A model generated the notes under the pieces. That model did not search any database. It was not told the DNA's origin and saw nothing but the letters and a program-made list of their open reading frames with translations. Positions 62,174-64,000 of a stretch of 64,000 nucleotides of DNA are shown here, piece after piece. The position numbers were made by a program, and so were the translations under genes. Numbering within the stretch: the stretch's first letter is position 1; each line of letters opens with the position of its first letter. Origin of the DNA: Bacteroidota bacterium (GTDB lineage Bacteria; Bacteroidota; Ignavibacteria; UBA10030; SZUA-254); NCBI GenBank assembly GCA_035518715.1, contig DATIXJ010000027.1, forward strand, positions 85,657-149,656, in the 5' to 3' direction.

Positions 62174-64000
62174 ATGGGTCTGTTTTCCTACTGCAGGCGT
62201 CACGCGAAAGCACTGCTGTTCACGATGGCAGTCTTTGCGATTGGGGGCGTGGCGATGATGCTGCATCTTCCCGTCTCACTCTTTCCCGATATTACGTTTC
62301 CCCGCATCGTCATTCTCGGTGACAACGGCGAAGAGCCGGCGGAACGCATGATGGTGGAAGTCACGAAACCGCTCGAAGAAGTCGCAATTGCCGTTCCCGG
62401 TGTGCGCACGGTACGATCCACAACTTCACGCGGATCGACGGAAATATCCATTGGTCTCGACTGGAGTTCTGACGTTCAACAAACGCTGGGGTTGCTCCAA
62501 GGACGGATCGCCAATATCCGCAATGAACTTCCGGCGACCGCGTCGGTGCAGTCCGAGCAGATGACGGTGGCGGTCTTTCCCATCATCGGCTACAGTCTTA
62601 CCTCCGACACGCTTTCGCTCGTCGAGCTGCGTGATATCGCCCTCTATCAAATCCGCCCGGCGCTGCTTCGAGTTGCGGGAGTCGCGCGTGTGGAGATTAC
62701 CGGAGGAGAATCCCGGGAGTTTCTGGTGAAGGTGAACCCCGACCGGCTCGCATCGTACGGTATGACAATCCAGCAGGTCTCCGATGCCGTGGAGGAAACG
62801 AACTTCGTGGAATCCACAGGCCTCATGAGCGATAATTACCAGCTCTATCTCTCGCTCGTTTCCGGCTTGCTGAAAACAAGAGAGGATGTTGCAAACATCG
62901 TCATAACAGCCCGCGGCGGCGTTCCGATCCGGGTGAGCGACGTTGCGTCGGTCGAAAAATCGGTCGCAGATCAGTATATCCGTACCACTGCCCACGGCCG
63001 CAGTGCAGTACTGATCAATGTTCTTAAACAGCCGACCGCAAGTACCGTGCGGATCGGCGCGGATATTTCGGATGTCATCCATGGATTGACCCTGCCTGGG
63101 GGTGCTCACCTTGAGATCTTCTATGATCAGGGGGATTTCATCCGGTCCTCCATTGCTGGTGTTCGTGACAGCATGCTTATCGGTATTGCCCTCGCCATGG
63201 TCATCGTCTTCGTCTTTCTCAGGAGCTGGCGCCTGACACTGGTTGTGCTGATTATCGTCCCGGTGACCATCGCGATGACATTTCTCTGCCTCGGGGCACT
63301 CGGAAAAACGATCAACATCATGACGCTGGGCGGGATTGCTGCCGCGGTCGGACTGATCATAGATGATTCGATCGTTATCATAGAATTTATCTTTACGAAG
63401 TTCGCGTCTCTTTCGACTGCGGATCGGACACCTCTGGGATACGCCCGCGCGGTCGAACAAGCCATCCACTCGCTCATGCCTGCAATCATCGGTTCGACCG
63501 CAAGTACGATCGTGATCCATATTCCTCTCGCATTTCTCGGAGGGGTGACGGGCGCTTTCTTCACTTCGCTCTCGATCACCATGGTCTGCGCCCTGACCAT
63601 TTCCTTCCTTCTCTCCATCACGCTCGCACCGCTGCTGGCGTTGATCCTGCTCCGCAGTGAGGATATCGAACGGGAAATTACGCATGAACATCGCGGATCG
63701 CGCATTGCACAGCTTTACGAAGATACTACCCGTAGATTGCTTCGTCATAAAATTCTCGTCGTCCCCTTCGTAATCGGCATTCTCGCCGTGGCGTTCCTTC
63801 TTTATTCACAGCTTGGGTCCAGCTTTATGCCCGAAATGGACGAGGGAACATTCATCCTCGATTACATTTCTCCCGCCGGGACGTCTCTCGCGGAAACCAA
63901 CCGGATACTCACACACGTGGAGAATATCCTGCAATCCATACCTGAAGTGGAATCGTATTCACGTCGAACCGGAACACAGCTTGGTTTTTTCATCACTGAA
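62174..64000 (+). CDS. RND efflux transporter permease (AcrB/CusA/CzcA family). The 3' end is cut by the window edge and the gene is absent from the ORF track.
   Basis: My own translation from ATG at 62174 gives MGLFSYCRRHAKALLFTMAVFAIGGVAMMLHLPVSLFPDITFPRIVILGDNG...GIAAAVGLIIDDSIVIIE. The frame stays open for 609 codons to position 64000. The long antisense ORFs there are shadows. Confidence 0.9.
   Translation, partial: MGLFSYCRRHAKALLFTMAVFAIGGVAMMLHLPVSLFPDITFPRIVILGDNGEEPAERMMVEVTKPLEEVAIAVPGVRTVRSTTSRGSTEISIGLDWSSDVQQTLGLLQGRIANIRNELPATASVQSEQMTVAVFPIIGYSLTSDTLSLVELRDIALYQIRPALLRVAGVARVEITGGESREFLVKVNPDRLASYGMTIQQVSDAVEETNFVESTGLMSDNYQLYLSLVSGLLKTREDVANIVITARGGVPIRVSDVASVEKSVADQYIRTTAHGRSAVLINVLKQPTASTVRIGADISDVIHGLTLPGGAHLEIFYDQGDFIRSSIAGVRDSMLIGIALAMVIVFVFLRSWRLTLVVLIIVPVTIAMTFLCLGALGKTINIMTLGGIAAAVGLIIDDSIVIIEFIFTKFASLSTADRTPLGYARAVEQAIHSLMPAIIGSTASTIVIHIPLAFLGGVTGAFFTSLSITMVCALTISFLLSITLAPLLALILLRSEDIEREITHEHRGSRIAQLYEDTTRRLLRHKILVVPFVIGILAVAFLLYSQLGSSFMPEMDEGTFILDYISPAGTSLAETNRILTHVENILQSIPEVESYSRRTGTQLGFFITE

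Noticed and set aside
61178-63748. Minus-strand ORFs of 259 aa and 440 aa over the efflux operon
   Set aside because: They are antisense to the MFP gene and the RND permease. The RND permease is open to the window end and has AcrB-type motifs. Their composition is low-complexity.
1-64000. CRISPR arrays, rRNA genes, IS elements, and phage integrases or terminases
   Set aside because: No regularly spaced direct repeats, no rRNA-like conserved blocks, and no DDE or tyrosine-recombinase-like translations appeared in the six-frame track.

Overview
This 64-kb window looks like part of an FCB-group (Bacteroidota/Ignavibacteriota-like) chromosome. That placement is inferred only from two proteins that end in Por/T9SS-type C-terminal sorting domains. 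No homology search was possible, so all protein calls rest on motifs read from the supplied translations. The window has five parts. (i) 0-12 kb holds housekeeping and regulatory genes: an XRE/S24 repressor with a clear promoter and operator region, an unusual two-component pair, ychF, a PA0069-type radical-SAM protein, SufT/DUF59, a Fur plus FTR1 iron-permease operon, an SDR, a deoxyhypusine-synthase homologue and a histone-H1-like protein. (ii) 12.1-24.8 kb is a glycan/glycoconjugate cluster with GtrB-like GT2s, GT9, a YfhO-type GT-C, GT4, WecB and SAM methyltransferases. (iii) 24.8-42.7 kb is a strictly co-directional (+) run of about 24 small, functionally unrelated genes, many of them DUF-type. 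Base composition there looks heterogeneous. Several spacers carry attC-like imperfect palindromes (RYYYAAC...GTTRRRY), and a structured repeat occurs twice. No integrase, transposase or flanking tRNA is present. I read this as an integron-cassette-array-like (CALIN-like) island that splits the glycan cluster. The evidence is incomplete, because some spacers have no attC-like site. (iv) 42.7-52.9 kb is the second half of the glycan cluster: DegT aminotransferase, a second GT2-GT9-YfhO module, rpsU, a methyltransferase, GT4 and a Wzx flippase. (v) 53.4-64 kb holds a repeat-rich T9SS cargo protein, a methyltransferase, a tRNA with anticodon CAT, a hemerythrin-like protein, an M13 peptidase and a TolC/MFP/RND efflux operon that runs off the right edge. 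The items most worth a second look are the cassette-like island and its attC-like sites, a bacterial TIMP/NTR-like domain in the first island gene, the twice-occurring nested-hairpin repeat, the duplicated GT2-GT9-YfhO module, and a receiver-HisKA protein with no ATPase domain. No CRISPR array, rRNA or recognisable transposase was seen.
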